Numbered from the stretch's first letter, positions 30,905 to 41,082 are shown. The stretch is DNA of 64,000 nucleotides from a bacterium (GCA_023267635.1 JAHFMX010000001.1:3800-67799); one strand, 5' to 3'. Translations and numbers: made by a program. The notes: generated by a model from the sequence alone, not told the origin.

Positions 30905-33013
30905 TTATATTTTTACATCAATCACCCTAGTAGTATCATTACCAAAAATGTCTACGATTTTTACTGCAACCTTATAGTCTCCTTTCGGTAATTCCTTTGG
31001 AGCTGAAACTAGCTCTAGACCTCTATTTTTCTTTGTACGGAAACTTTGCCATTCGTTATCAAAAATATAATCACCAGTCCAAACATCTTTTTCGTTATCA
31101 CCATCCATAACTTTAATAACTTCTTTTCTGTCTGCAAAATTATAATCAACAGCCCAGTAATCAATCCAGTCAGTCCATTTTTTAGTAAGAACCTCTCTTG
31201 AAACAATCTCAGTACTCTTATCTTTTGACACTTTTATCACTTGCCCATTCTCAACAATGACCTTTGACCTTCCTGCTTTTAACTCCTCATCAATAGCACC
31301 ATTGTCTTGATTGTAAAACACGGAAAAATCAGTAAGCTCAATAGAAAGCTCTTTCATATTTCCTCTACCTTTAATAATTGACTTAACATCAATATAAGCA
31401 ACATCATAGAAATTAACTTGACCTTTTTCTACTGCACGTTTATCAAATACTTCTCGTGGAATTATCTTGAATGCAATATCAACACCTTCTTTATGAAAAC
31501 CGTGTCTATCAATACCCATATCATAATCAAATGCTAAAATATCAATCTTTGTGAAATCTTTCCCTTTACATTCATCAATCACATCTTGAATAAATTGTTC
31601 TGATGTAGGCATATTTATTGGACCAACAGCCACAAGTCTGTCTCGTTTTTTACCAACTACATTTACAAAGCTATCAATTGGCTCCGCTTTATACGCAGAA
31701 AGAATAAGTTTAATAAACTCTTTTTCTTTTTTATCTGCTTGCTTAAATCTTTCTTCAGCACGCAAATCATCATTAGTGTTCAAGAAACTTTGCCTTTCAT
31801 ATCTACCCATATTAAGTATTTCAAAAGCACGAAAATCTTTCCCACTCTTCTTTAGTTCTCTTTGTGCACCAATCATTCTTTTTCGCGAAGTATGAATACC
31901 AAACTTACCTAAGTCTGTCCCAATCCATTTTCTTCCAAGTTTTTCAGCAACTGCTAATGTTGTTCCAGAACCACAAAAAAAGTCAGCAACTAGGTCATTA
32001 TTATTTGTTGATGCTTTTATTATTCTCTCGAGTAATTTTACAGGTTTTTGTGTTGGGTATCCAAGTAGTTCATCTCTTGATATTTGTCCACCAGCTGGAA
32101 TATCATCCCACCAATCCTGAGGAACTCTTCCTTGTTCATATTCTGAAACATCTTTCCCAGCAAAGGGTATACCTCCAACTTTTGACTCAGCGTATTTTCT
32201 TCTATTTAAAGTTGCTTCATCATAAGGAACTAAAATATCTTTAGCGTTGAAGATAGGATTTCTAGATTTTGAATAAAATAAAATAGTGTCATGCTTTTTA
32301 GGGAAGGCTGTCTTTACTGGTGAAGGACCTTTGTAAGCCCATATAATCTCATTCATAAAATTATTCACTCCAAATATTTCATCAAGTATCAAACGCATAT
32401 GAGCACTTAGTCTCCAGTCACAATGAACATAAATACTACCATCTTCAGCTAAAAGTTCGTGCATTAGTTTTAGTCTTTCATAAATCATTGCAATAAAACT
32501 ATCTGCTCCTTTACCCCAAGTATCTCGATACGCAATCTCTTCAATAACTGAAGGTTTTTTTGTAAAACTTTCTGTGTCATCGCCTTCACCAATTTCAATA
32601 TCCATCGAAAAATCAGCTCCCACATCAAAAGGAGGGTCAATATAGACAAGCTTTAGACCTCCTTGTGCTTCTATCTCCTTTCTCATTGGACCGTTCTTTA
32701 AAGAAGAAAGAATAAGTTTATTGTCACCCCATATAAGTTTATTGGTCCAACCAGCAACTTGCTTACCTGAAAAATCAAACAGAGTACCTCTACCATCACC
32801 AAACTCCTTACCTTCTCTTGGCTCATCAATCTGTTCGATTACTTGGAATGGTAAAACAACATTTGTCACTTCATTTGACTTACCATTCCAAACAAGCTCA
32901 ACTTCTCTGTCATCTTTGAAAAGCAAAAAACGATACTTTTCTGGAAGTTCTTTACCAGCTTCAAGATACTTCATAATATCTCTTTTTTCGTTCTCCGAAA
33001 GATTTAATGCCAT
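30905..33013 (-). CDS. Type III RM Mod (N6-adenine DNA methyltransferase)
   Basis: IWGDN, YIDPPF, YPTQKP, DFFCGSGTT; adjacent to res. Confidence 0.92.
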   Translation of the reverse strand: MALNLSENEKRDIMKYLEAGKELPEKYRFLLFKDDREVELVWNGKSNEVTNVVLPFQVIEQIDEPREGKEFGDGRGTLFDFSGKQVAGWTNKLIWGDNKLILSSLKNGPMRKEIEAQGGLKLVYIDPPFDVGADFSMDIEIGEGDDTESFTKKPSVIEEIAYRDTWGKGADSFIAMIYERLKLMHELLAEDGSIYVHCDWRLSAHMRLILDEIFGVNNFMNEIIWAYKGPSPVKTAFPKKHDTILFYSKSRNPIFNAKDILVPYDEATLNRRKYAESKVGGIPFAGKDVSEYEQGRVPQDWWDDIPAGGQISRDELLGYPTQKPVKLLERIIKASTNNNDLVADFFCGSGTTLAVAEKLGRKWIGTDLGKFGIHTSRKRMIGAQRELKKSGKDFRAFEILNMGRYERQSFLNTNDDLRAEERFKQADKKEKEFIKLILSAYKAEPIDSFVNVVGKKRDRLVAVGPINMPTSEQFIQDVIDECKGKDFTKIDILAFDYDMGIDRHGFHKEGVDIAFKIIPREVFDKRAVEKGQVNFYDVAYIDVKSIIKGRGNMKELSIELTDFSVFYNQDNGAIDEELKAGRSKVIVENGQVIKVSKDKSTEIVSREVLTKKWTDWIDYWAVDYNFADRKEVIKVMDGDNEKDVWTGDYIFDNEWQSFRTKKNRGLELVSAPKELPKGDYKVAVKIVDIFGNDTTRVIDVKI

Positions 33014-33205
33014 AGAGTAATAGTAATTTTAGGTATATTTAAGGGGGTGATACCTTAATGTGACAACTATATAATAACATGAAAAAAAAGAATTCTCGCC
33101 TTGTTCTACAAAAATAATTATTAGTTTACAAAACCTAATCTTTAGTATAGTTAAAGGAAATGACTTAACTTTAACTATAGATATTTTATAGTTAAAGTTA
33201 GGACT

Positions 33206-33346
33206 CTATTTTTTTCTTTTTACCCAATACTTTTTATAAACAATATCAAACAAAATCCCAAAAGCTTCATCTACTTTTTTCTGGTCTTCTGCAGAAGAAT
33301 TTTTGTCATAAACATATGTTACTTTTATTTCTTTTTCTTTCTTCAT
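33206..33346 (-). CDS. Small hypothetical protein
   Basis: MKKEKEIKVTYVY...VDEAFGILFD; closely follows the upstream ORF. Confidence 0.4.
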   Translation of the reverse strand: MKKEKEIKVTYVYDKNSSAEDQKKVDEAFGILFDIVYKKYWVKRKK

Positions 33347-33350
33347 ACAG

Positions 33351-33944
33351 TTAATAAGAAAATCCTTCAGAAACAAAAGAATAGGCATTCGTTCGATTAG
33401 AAAAACTTATTGATATTGGTATAGTGTCCCCAGTCTCATCATCAAAGGTATCAAAAATAGATATTAAACTAATGTATATTTTTTGTATTGGGTCGTGGTC
33501 TTCTTGTTCTTTATAAACTCCACACAAACAGTCGTGTATTGATTTTATATAATCCCATAATGCAGTCCATATATCTTCTAAGGAAAGATTATCACTCTCT
33601 GCAATTTCTTTTTTTCGTTCATCTGTAACATCTTCTAAATAACATTTAATATCTTCATAAGACAATCCTAGTTTATTGAAATCAATAGTTTTATCTGATG
33701 ATACTTCAGTAAAAAAATCATTATGAATTCTGTTAGTAAAGTTTGTAACTATAAAAGAAGATGCAACTGCATATATAAACACTCTTCCTTTTTTGGTATC
33801 TCCGTCCGTTACAAGAAAACGATTATTTTTTTCAAATAATTTATAAGCATCTAACCCCCAATTGGACTCTTTTATATTATCACCCGTGTAGTCAGAGAGT
33901 TGATTAAAGGTGTCTACAAATATCTCTTTTGTTTCTTTTTCCAT
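33351..33944 (-). CDS. Acidic hypothetical protein
   Basis: 197-aa ORF in an apparent operon. Confidence 0.6.
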   Translation of the reverse strand: MEKETKEIFVDTFNQLSDYTGDNIKESNWGLDAYKLFEKNNRFLVTDGDTKKGRVFIYAVASSFIVTNFTNRIHNDFFTEVSSDKTIDFNKLGLSYEDIKCYLEDVTDERKKEIAESDNLSLEDIWTALWDYIKSIHDCLCGVYKEQEDHDPIQKIYISLISIFDTFDDETGDTIPISISFSNRTNAYSFVSEGFSY

Positions 33945-33947
33945 AAA

Positions 33948-34283
33948 CTATTTAATAACTTTCTTTGTGTTGCGAGCAGAGATTCTTCCAACTACAGCTT
34001 CACCTAAAGCAATTACCGCACCAATAAAAGCACTTATAGAGTAGCCGAAATTATATCGCACAAATGAAAAGTATATTATTCCCAAAAGACAAGCAACAAC
34101 ACTTATAAGTAAGACGAGATGTTTTGTCGTATTTTTATGGCTCGAATCAACTCCAAAATCTTTCAATACCTCTCTTACATCAGAAGATTTTAGTATTCTA
34201 ATCTTAAAGAAAATACCATCCCAGAGAGGCTTAAAAACACTATACGAAAAAAAGATAACGACCATCGCAATAATGAAAGTCAT
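33948..34283 (-). CDS. Small membrane protein
   Basis: 3 hydrophobic segments. Confidence 0.55.
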   Translation of the reverse strand: MTFIIAMVVIFFSYSVFKPLWDGIFFKIRILKSSDVREVLKDFGVDSSHKNTTKHLVLLISVVACLLGIIYFSFVRYNFGYSISAFIGAVIALGEAVVGRISARNTKKVIK

Positions 34284-34521
34284 AAGAGGTTGTGTCTACT
34301 TGATAAACCCTCTAGGTAACTTATAAAACAAAATAGGCCCCCTAGTGGTGCTCACAAGAAGATGACCGAAGTCACGCATCCTGTTTCCACATAGAGAGCC
34401 TATGCTATACACGATGCGTAACAACCAACCCCCTTATAAGGGGTGTTTCGATATCTTCTTGTGAGCAAATGTATTATAGCACTTTCATGAAAAGATATTA
34501 AGTAAGTGATAGAATGATAAA

Positions 34522-35409
34522 ATGAATAAAGTAGACCATAAATTAAGCAATGAGTATTTGGAAGGTCTATTCAAAAACTGGTTTAATTTCAAGATAATAA
34601 AAATTTTAGCAGATGTCATAGAAGAAAACTTTAGCAAACAACAAATTACAGATATTTTAGAACCATTAGATGTTAAAGGTCTATCTATAAATAAAAATGA
34701 ATCCGAAAAAAATTCTATTCTAAAAATTTTTATTGACCTAAAAGAATACACTAAAACAAAAACATCCACAGAATACGAATACTATAGGGACACTATACTT
34801 GGAGTCCCTAATGGTGATGAAATGATAGTTTTCATCATAGAAGAGTTTATGGATTTATTTAATCATAAAATAAACAAAGTCCGTAGAAAGGCTTTTGCAG
34901 AATGGATAGGAGACATAGTTGCCCTCTGTAATTTAATTTTAGAAATTGATTCAGGTGATGACTACATAATATTAACACCAGATGAGTACAGAGACTTTTT
35001 ATATGAGAAAAAAGAAAAAGAACTCATTCAAAATAACCCTAATTATTTTGAAGAAATGTACGGTGGGACACCCACTAAAGACAATAGGCAAGTGATACAT
35101 ACTCTTGAAATACAAAAACTAGAAAATGAGTACGCAAAATTAACTGTTTTTATAAATAAAGAGTACGAAAAACCTATGACATTCAAAAGAGGTAAGAATT
35201 GGAGTTACATGTATAGCCTTGCACAAAATGAAGGAGTCTATGACCAGAAAGACTTTATGGATTATTTTAATTCTAATCAAACAAATCCTTTGTATAAAAG
35301 GTATGGGTTTGAGGTATCTAAAATTCTTAGACAAGAAAGTGGACAAATACTACCTAATATAAAAATTGAGATGATAACAAAGAAGAAAGTTACTCAAAAT
35401 AAAACTTAA
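34522..35409 (+). CDS. Hypothetical protein
   Basis: 295-aa ORF, no motif recognised. Confidence 0.6.
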   Translation: MNKVDHKLSNEYLEGLFKNWFNFKIIKILADVIEENFSKQQITDILEPLDVKGLSINKNESEKNSILKIFIDLKEYTKTKTSTEYEYYRDTILGVPNGDEMIVFIIEEFMDLFNHKINKVRRKAFAEWIGDIVALCNLILEIDSGDDYIILTPDEYRDFLYEKKEKELIQNNPNYFEEMYGGTPTKDNRQVIHTLEIQKLENEYAKLTVFINKEYEKPMTFKRGKNWSYMYSLAQNEGVYDQKDFMDYFNSNQTNPLYKRYGFEVSKILRQESGQILPNIKIEMITKKKVTQNKT

Positions 35410-35586
35410 GAAAAGGTAAAAAAACTTAAGGCTGTGGATAACTATGAAAAACACCACCGATGAGGTGTTTTTGTTTTGGTTAAAAAGATGGTCTTCCGCG
35501 TATTTTAAGCATAAATTAAATTCTAAAATTTACAAAGGCAAACAGAAAAGTAAATTGTTTGCACTTAATAATTAAATAGATAAATT

Positions 35587-37722
35587 ATGTTAGAAAACAT
35601 TATGTTAGTTGAGGCATTGAAGCTTCAAGAAATTGGCTGGAGTATTATTCCAGTTGGACAGGATAAAAAGCCGTTAATAAGCTGGGCTGAGTTCCAAGAA
35701 AGAAGGGCTAGTAAAGATGAGATAAAAGCATGGTTCAAGAAATTTCCTAAAGCAAATATAGGAGTTGTTACTGGACCAATATCTAATCTATTAGTTTTTG
35801 ATATTGACGCTAAACACGGGAGGACATCTGGAGAGTTCCAGTTCCCTGTAACAGTATGCTCAAATACTGGGGGTGGAGGAGAACATTACTTTTTTAAGTA
35901 TCCAAAGTTTGAAGTTCATAATTCAGCAGGATTACTTTTTGGCGAAGGGGTTGATATAAGAGGTAAAGGTGGTTACATTGTTTTACCACCATCTTTACAT
36001 TTATCTAGTAAGTATTATGAATGGAAAGAGTTTTGTTCTCCATTTGATTTAGAACTTGCTGATATACCCGAATGGTTAGAAACTGCGTTATCAAAACAAA
36101 GTAAAAAAGAAAGTCCAAAAATGTATGAAAAGGACTCATCTGAAATAATAGAAGGAACAAGAAATGATACCGCTGTATCTGTTGCTGGGAAGATTATAAG
36201 TGAGACATCAAAAGAATTAAGGAGTTCTGTTGGTTATAAAAAATTTATAAAATGGAATTCCTTGTTAAGTTCTCCTCTTTCAGAAGAAGAGTTAAAAGCT
36301 GTTTGGAAAAGTGTTTGTAAATATGACAATAAAGACGTATCTAATCTACTAAAAAACAAAGAAGCAAAAGAAGAAAAGAAAGTATATAAAACTTCATACT
36401 TTGATGGTAATTATCTTTATGAAATGGTTCATAATAAGGAATTAGACAAAACATTCTTTATTCGTTGTGACAGTAAAAATAATATAGACACTGTTGATAA
36501 AATAGCGTCAGGTGAAAGAGTGTATTTCCCATTACCTCCAACACATATGTTTGTTGATAAATCTGTCGTTCTATTCCCATCTGAAGTTGCACCATATCTC
36601 AATGAAAAAGAATTATTAAGTGAGATTCGTGCATTCATACATAAATATGTAGACATTAGTGAAGAGTTCGAAGAAATATCTACATATTATGTTTTACTAA
36701 CTTGGTTGTACGATAAGTTTTATGAACTTCCGTACCTTCGTGCTAGAGGTGACTATGGTAGTGGAAAATCTCGTTATTTAAAAACTGTTGGCTCAATATC
36801 ATACACACCAATATTTACAGCTGGAGCAACAACAGCAAGTCCTATATTTAGAATTATTGATGAAGTTAAAGGAACTCTAATACTAGATGAGGCTGACTTT
36901 GCGAAGAGTGATATGACTTCTGATATAGTAAAGATACTTAACACTGGATATCAGAAAGGTGTATCAGTTTTACGTGCTGAAGGTAAAGGAACTTTTGAGA
37001 TTAAAGCATATGAAGTCTTTGGTCCAAAAATTATTGCAACCAGAGAAAGTTTTTCTGATAGTGCTCTTGAGAGTCGCTTTCTTGTTGAGGAAATGGGGAA
37101 GAGTGATTTACGTGCAGATATACCGAGAGAAACTCGTAAAGGGTTTGATGAAGAAGCAAGAAATATCCGTAATAAACTTTTGAAGTGGAGGTTTGATAAT
37201 TACTTCCTTGAAGTAACAGCCAATACTGAAGTAATAAAAGGTATACATCCAAGGTTAAACCAAATAGTCCTACCTTTGTTATCAATCATTAAAAATGATG
37301 ATGCTAAAGAAAGTCTGAAAGAATTTATTGTTAAATATAATGATGACCTTATTGCCGATAGAGGACTCACCAAAGAAAGCGATATCATTTTCGCAATTCT
37401 AAAGTTAGAGCACAATGGATTTAATGAAAATCTATTTACTGTAAAACAGATATCAAATGAAGTAAATAAACTCATTGATGAAGAAATTGACCAGATAAGC
37501 CCACGCAAAATGGGGTGGTATTTGCGAAAAAAACTACAGCTGAAAACTGGCAAAACTCGTGCTGGTTATGTTCTTAATCTGGAGCAAAACAGAGATAGAG
37601 TTAACTTTTTAAAAGATAGGTATGGTATAGCAGACGAAGAAGTGTACGGTGAACAAGTGAACAATGTGAATGTCGTAAGCATTGCTGAGAGCATAATGGA
37701 GAATAATAAAAATATTCTCTAG
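35587..37722 (+). CDS. Bifunctional primase-polymerase (Prim-Pol) with PriCT and P-loop helicase-like domain
   Basis: GWSIIPV..KKP, ANIGVVTG, VFDID, TGGGGEHYFF, DIRGKGGYIVLPPS, EGTRND, GDYGSGKS, LILDEAD. Confidence 0.88.
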   Translation: MLENIMLVEALKLQEIGWSIIPVGQDKKPLISWAEFQERRASKDEIKAWFKKFPKANIGVVTGPISNLLVFDIDAKHGRTSGEFQFPVTVCSNTGGGGEHYFFKYPKFEVHNSAGLLFGEGVDIRGKGGYIVLPPSLHLSSKYYEWKEFCSPFDLELADIPEWLETALSKQSKKESPKMYEKDSSEIIEGTRNDTAVSVAGKIISETSKELRSSVGYKKFIKWNSLLSSPLSEEELKAVWKSVCKYDNKDVSNLLKNKEAKEEKKVYKTSYFDGNYLYEMVHNKELDKTFFIRCDSKNNIDTVDKIASGERVYFPLPPTHMFVDKSVVLFPSEVAPYLNEKELLSEIRAFIHKYVDISEEFEEISTYYVLLTWLYDKFYELPYLRARGDYGSGKSRYLKTVGSISYTPIFTAGATTASPIFRIIDEVKGTLILDEADFAKSDMTSDIVKILNTGYQKGVSVLRAEGKGTFEIKAYEVFGPKIIATRESFSDSALESRFLVEEMGKSDLRADIPRETRKGFDEEARNIRNKLLKWRFDNYFLEVTANTEVIKGIHPRLNQIVLPLLSIIKNDDAKESLKEFIVKYNDDLIADRGLTKESDIIFAILKLEHNGFNENLFTVKQISNEVNKLIDEEIDQISPRKMGWYLRKKLQLKTGKTRAGYVLNLEQNRDRVNFLKDRYGIADEEVYGEQVNNVNVVSIAESIMENNKNIL

Positions 37723-37741
37723 TAGTTTTGAAAGTGGTACA

Positions 37742-37951
37742 ATGGAAGAGCTACACAGACAAGACGAATATGACAGAAGATTGAATCCTGAAGGGGGTCT
37801 ACAATCGTCTTTGTGTAGCAACAATGTACTGTCTTGTAGTTCCCCTTCAGGTTTCTTTGATTCTAATCTCATTTCCGAAGAAGATGCTCTTGATTACCTT
37901 GCTGAGGTATATGTAGACATCTACTTCGATTATATTAAAAAACAAAAATAA
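37742..37951 (+). CDS. Small protein upstream of the integrase (possible directionality factor)
   Basis: Ends 2 nt before the recombinase start; C-terminal amphipathic helix ALDYLAEVYVDIYF. Confidence 0.4.
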   Translation: MEELHRQDEYDRRLNPEGGLQSSLCSNNVLSCSSPSGFFDSNLISEEDALDYLAEVYVDIYFDYIKKQK

Positions 37952-37953
37952 CC

Positions 37954-39492
37954 ATGCAACCTAATTTAAAAAGAGCTGTTGGATATTATCGTGTATCCAC
38001 AAAAGAACAAGTTGAGGAAGGGAACAGTCTTTCTACTCAAGAGAAAATTTGTAAAGAATGGTCTCGTAAAAATAATTACGAAATAGTAGAACAGTTTATT
38101 GAACAAGGAGAGAGTGCGAAAACTGCGGATAGAACAGAGTTACAAAAACTTTTTATTTATTGTGCTAATAAAAAGAATAACATTGAAGCTGTTATCATCT
38201 ACAAACTAGACCGTATAAGCCGTAACACTGATGACTACAGTCAAATTCGTCTTCTGTTAAAGAAATATGGGGTAGAAATAAAATCTACCACAGAGTTCTT
38301 TGAGGATACTCCTGTGGGTCGTTTTATGGAGAATACAATGGCTAACATTGCACAGTTTGATAACGATATACGCTCTGAGCGTTCAGGTGGCGGTATGCGA
38401 GAAGCTGTTCGTGATGGTCGTTATGTGTGGATGGCACCTGTTGGATATATCAATACTAAAGTAAATGGTAAAGCTACCATTGCTCAAGACCCACTAATGG
38501 CTTCACTTGTTCGTGAAACTTTTGAACTTATTTTAAAAGGCACTCGCACAGTAGAAGAGGTTCGAGTAATTATGGAAGAACGAGGTCTTACTCTTAAAAA
38601 TGGTAAACCACTTGGAAAGTCATACTTCTATAAAGTATTTAAGAATAAGCTATATATGGGGATAATTGAAAAGTTTAATGAAACCCACAAAGGTCTATTT
38701 GAACCAATCATCTCTGAGGATGTATTTAATCAAGTCCAACGTATTCTAAGTGGGAAAGGACGTAAGGAGGTTCAGTATAAAAAAGATAGTGATGATTTTC
38801 CTCTTCGTCGTTTTGTGATAGACAAAGAGAGTAGAAAAATTACTGGAAGTTTTTCAAAAGGAAGAAAAGGTATCAGATATCCATTCTATCGCTTTGGTGG
38901 GAACGGCTCGAATTATAACCGAGATAAATTTGAAGAGCGGTATCAATTATACGTAGATAAATTTTCTTTTACAGAAGAACAGAAGGAAAAATTAGCATCT
39001 AAGATACGAGAACATTTCGGTGTGGCAGTAGAGAAAGAAAAGAAGGATGTTAAAAAACTTTCTTTACGCATCTCTGAACTTCAAACACAACAAACCTCAC
39101 TTATAGATAAAAATCTTAAAGGCATTATTAGTGACGAATTACTCACAAGGCAACTTAGCACCATTGAAGAAGAGTTAATCAGTACAAAACTTAATCTCAC
39201 AAATGCAGAGCAAGTTACTTTTGATGTTGATAAGGCGATGAGTATAATTTCACCATTCCTGAAGACACCTAGTGAGGTGTGGGAGATGGCAGAAATTGAT
39301 AATAAACTCAAATTACAGTGGTTCCAATTCCCATCTGGAGTGTTCTTTGATGGAGAAATATTTGGAACCACTAAAGTAGCTAGTATTTACAATGTAAAAT
39401 CCACGTTTTTGGACGTGGATTCTACTGCTGTGGGCGATAGAGGAGTCGAACCTCTGACATCCACAACGTCAATGTGGCGCTCTACCAACTGA
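37954..39492 (+). CDS. Large serine recombinase (integrase)
   Basis: YYRVSTKEQ, YKLDRISRN, APVGY, EPIISE; last 20 aa are antisense tRNA-Val. Confidence 0.93.
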   Translation: MQPNLKRAVGYYRVSTKEQVEEGNSLSTQEKICKEWSRKNNYEIVEQFIEQGESAKTADRTELQKLFIYCANKKNNIEAVIIYKLDRISRNTDDYSQIRLLLKKYGVEIKSTTEFFEDTPVGRFMENTMANIAQFDNDIRSERSGGGMREAVRDGRYVWMAPVGYINTKVNGKATIAQDPLMASLVRETFELILKGTRTVEEVRVIMEERGLTLKNGKPLGKSYFYKVFKNKLYMGIIEKFNETHKGLFEPIISEDVFNQVQRILSGKGRKEVQYKKDSDDFPLRRFVIDKESRKITGSFSKGRKGIRYPFYRFGGNGSNYNRDKFEERYQLYVDKFSFTEEQKEKLASKIREHFGVAVEKEKKDVKKLSLRISELQTQQTSLIDKNLKGIISDELLTRQLSTIEEELISTKLNLTNAEQVTFDVDKAMSIISPFLKTPSEVWEMAEIDNKLKLQWFQFPSGVFFDGEIFGTTKVASIYNVKSTFLDVDSTAVGDRGVEPLTSTTSMWRSTN

Positions 39493-39503
39493 GCTAACCG
39501 CCC
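39431..39503 (-). tRNA. tRNA-Val(GAC)
   Basis: GGGCGGTTAGCTCAGTTGGTAGAGCG-CCACA-TTGACGT-TGTGG-ATGTCAGAGGTTCGACTCCTCTATCGCCCA; CCA not encoded. Confidence 0.95.
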
Positions 39504-39620
39504 GAATGTCTTAAATATACCATATCAAATAGACCTCTCCCAAGTTGAAAGAAGTGTCATTTCGTGGTAGTATATTTTTTACTTGGCTGTACTATTGTTA
39601 CCTGGTACAGACATATTGAC

Positions 39621-39692
39621 GGCCCCATCGTCTATCGGTTAGGACACCGGCTTTTCATGCCGGTAAGCGGAGTTCGACTCTCCGTGGGGTCA
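39621..39692 (+). tRNA. tRNA-Glu(TTC)
   Basis: GGCCCCATCGTCTATCGGTTAGGACA-CCGGC-TTTTCAT-GCCGG-TAAGCGGAGTTCGACTCTCCGTGGGGTCA. Confidence 0.95.
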
Positions 39693-39744
39693 CCGAGTCG
39701 AGTGCTAGTTCGAGCACTCGAGAAGGGTCGTCACAGACCCTAAA

Positions 39745-39785
39745 AACAAAAAGAGCTAACGAATATTTCGTTAGCTCTTTTTGTT
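39745..39785. terminator. Bidirectional terminator between tRNA-Glu and recombinase 2
   Basis: 19-bp perfect stem AACAAAAAGAGCTAACGAA-TAT-TTCGTTAGCTCTTTTTGTT. Confidence 0.85.
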
Positions 39786-39798
39786 AGAAAAGTTACTT

Positions 39799-41082
39799 TT
39801 ACACTTGAATAGAAATAGTTTTATTTTTCAAAACTAAGTTACTTTTTATACAATCAAGAACCGACCTTTTTTCTAAAACTGTCCCATCCCTCAAAACAAA
39901 TTTCATATAATTTCTCAAGTCTACTTTTTGTATATCTGCTGTATTATCTTTTCCCAAAAACATTGCTTGCAGTTTCTTAAATTTCTTGATTTCAAGATTT
40001 AACTTCTCGTTGAGTTGTACCTCGTTAAGATCTAGAGTGCTTGCCATTTTCTGAAATTCTTTCAGCAGATCATCTTCGTTTATAGCAGAATTTGTACACT
40101 TTCTGTCTTTGGATTTCGTACATCGATAATATACATGTCTGTTTACTCCGCCACTTTTTAATTTCTTAAATTTCTCATCTGCTGTAATTCCAGATCCACA
40201 TGCTCCGCATTTAACTATTCGAGTAAAGGCAAATTCCTTTCCGTGACTTTTAATAACCTGTGTCTTAATAGAAGCACGAACATCATCGAAGAGTTCTTTT
40301 GTTATTATCGGCTCATGTTTACCCTCGTACCAATTTCCACTTCCCTGTGGGAATTCAAATCTACCGTAATAGAAAGTATTATTGATAATTTTAAAGATGT
40401 TTCCGATACTTAAATAAAACCCTCGATGTGTCTTAAAGTTAATTTCATATCTTAGCCATGAATATACTCTCATGCCACTCCATCTTTCATATGCAATCTT
40501 CTCAAATATCTGCTTAATAATCGGTGCGCGATCCGGATCAATTTCAACCTCACATTTTGCTAGTCTTTCATTTGGTTTTCTGTATCCAGTTGGTGGTTGT
40601 ACTGGCCATAGTCCCATTTCGCACCTTGCTCTCATTCCTCTTTTAACATTAATACTTTTATTATCATTCTCCAACTTCGCTTGAGAACAAAGAATCATTA
40701 AAAGAAACTTATCACTCGGAGAGTTAGTAAATGTCTGACCAAATGTTTTAATTTGAGCTAGTTTCTTTTGATCTATTCTATCTACAAGCTTCCCCAGATC
40801 TCCTGCATTTCTCGAAAGTCTATCGGGTGCCCAAGTAATTATTGCGTTAAAGATACCATCATCAATATCTTTTAAAATCTCTTCAAACACGGGCCGTTGC
40901 CCCGACTCTTTCGCCGAGTGAGATTCTTTTCTTATTTCTGTAACATTCAAACCTTCACGCTCGGCTATTTGCCTCATCTCTTTAATTTGAGAATCAATAG
41001 AAAGAGCTTGTTTTTCTTCAGCTTCGGTTGATTTACGAGCATATAAACAATACTTTAAGTTATCTTTTGTTGTTTCTATCAT
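39799..41082 (-). CDS. Large serine recombinase with Zn ribbon
   Basis: YARKSTE, WAPDRLSRN, PPTGY, HEPII, CGACG..YYRC. Confidence 0.93.
   Translation of the reverse strand: MIETTKDNLKYCLYARKSTEAEEKQALSIDSQIKEMRQIAEREGLNVTEIRKESHSAKESGQRPVFEEILKDIDDGIFNAIITWAPDRLSRNAGDLGKLVDRIDQKKLAQIKTFGQTFTNSPSDKFLLMILCSQAKLENDNKSINVKRGMRARCEMGLWPVQPPTGYRKPNERLAKCEVEIDPDRAPIIKQIFEKIAYERWSGMRVYSWLRYEINFKTHRGFYLSIGNIFKIINNTFYYGRFEFPQGSGNWYEGKHEPIITKELFDDVRASIKTQVIKSHGKEFAFTRIVKCGACGSGITADEKFKKLKSGGVNRHVYYRCTKSKDRKCTNSAINEDDLLKEFQKMASTLDLNEVQLNEKLNLEIKKFKKLQAMFLGKDNTADIQKVDLRNYMKFVLRDGTVLEKRSVLDCIKSNLVLKNKTISIQV

Larger units (their letters stand above)
19226..39433. mobile_element. Integrative element 1 (~20 kb; serine recombinase, Prim-Pol, defence cargo) in the 3' end of tRNA-Val
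   Basis: Recombinase ORF runs into antisense tRNA-Val; candidate other att junction GTGG at 19226; shift from housekeeping to accessory genes. Confidence 0.7.
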
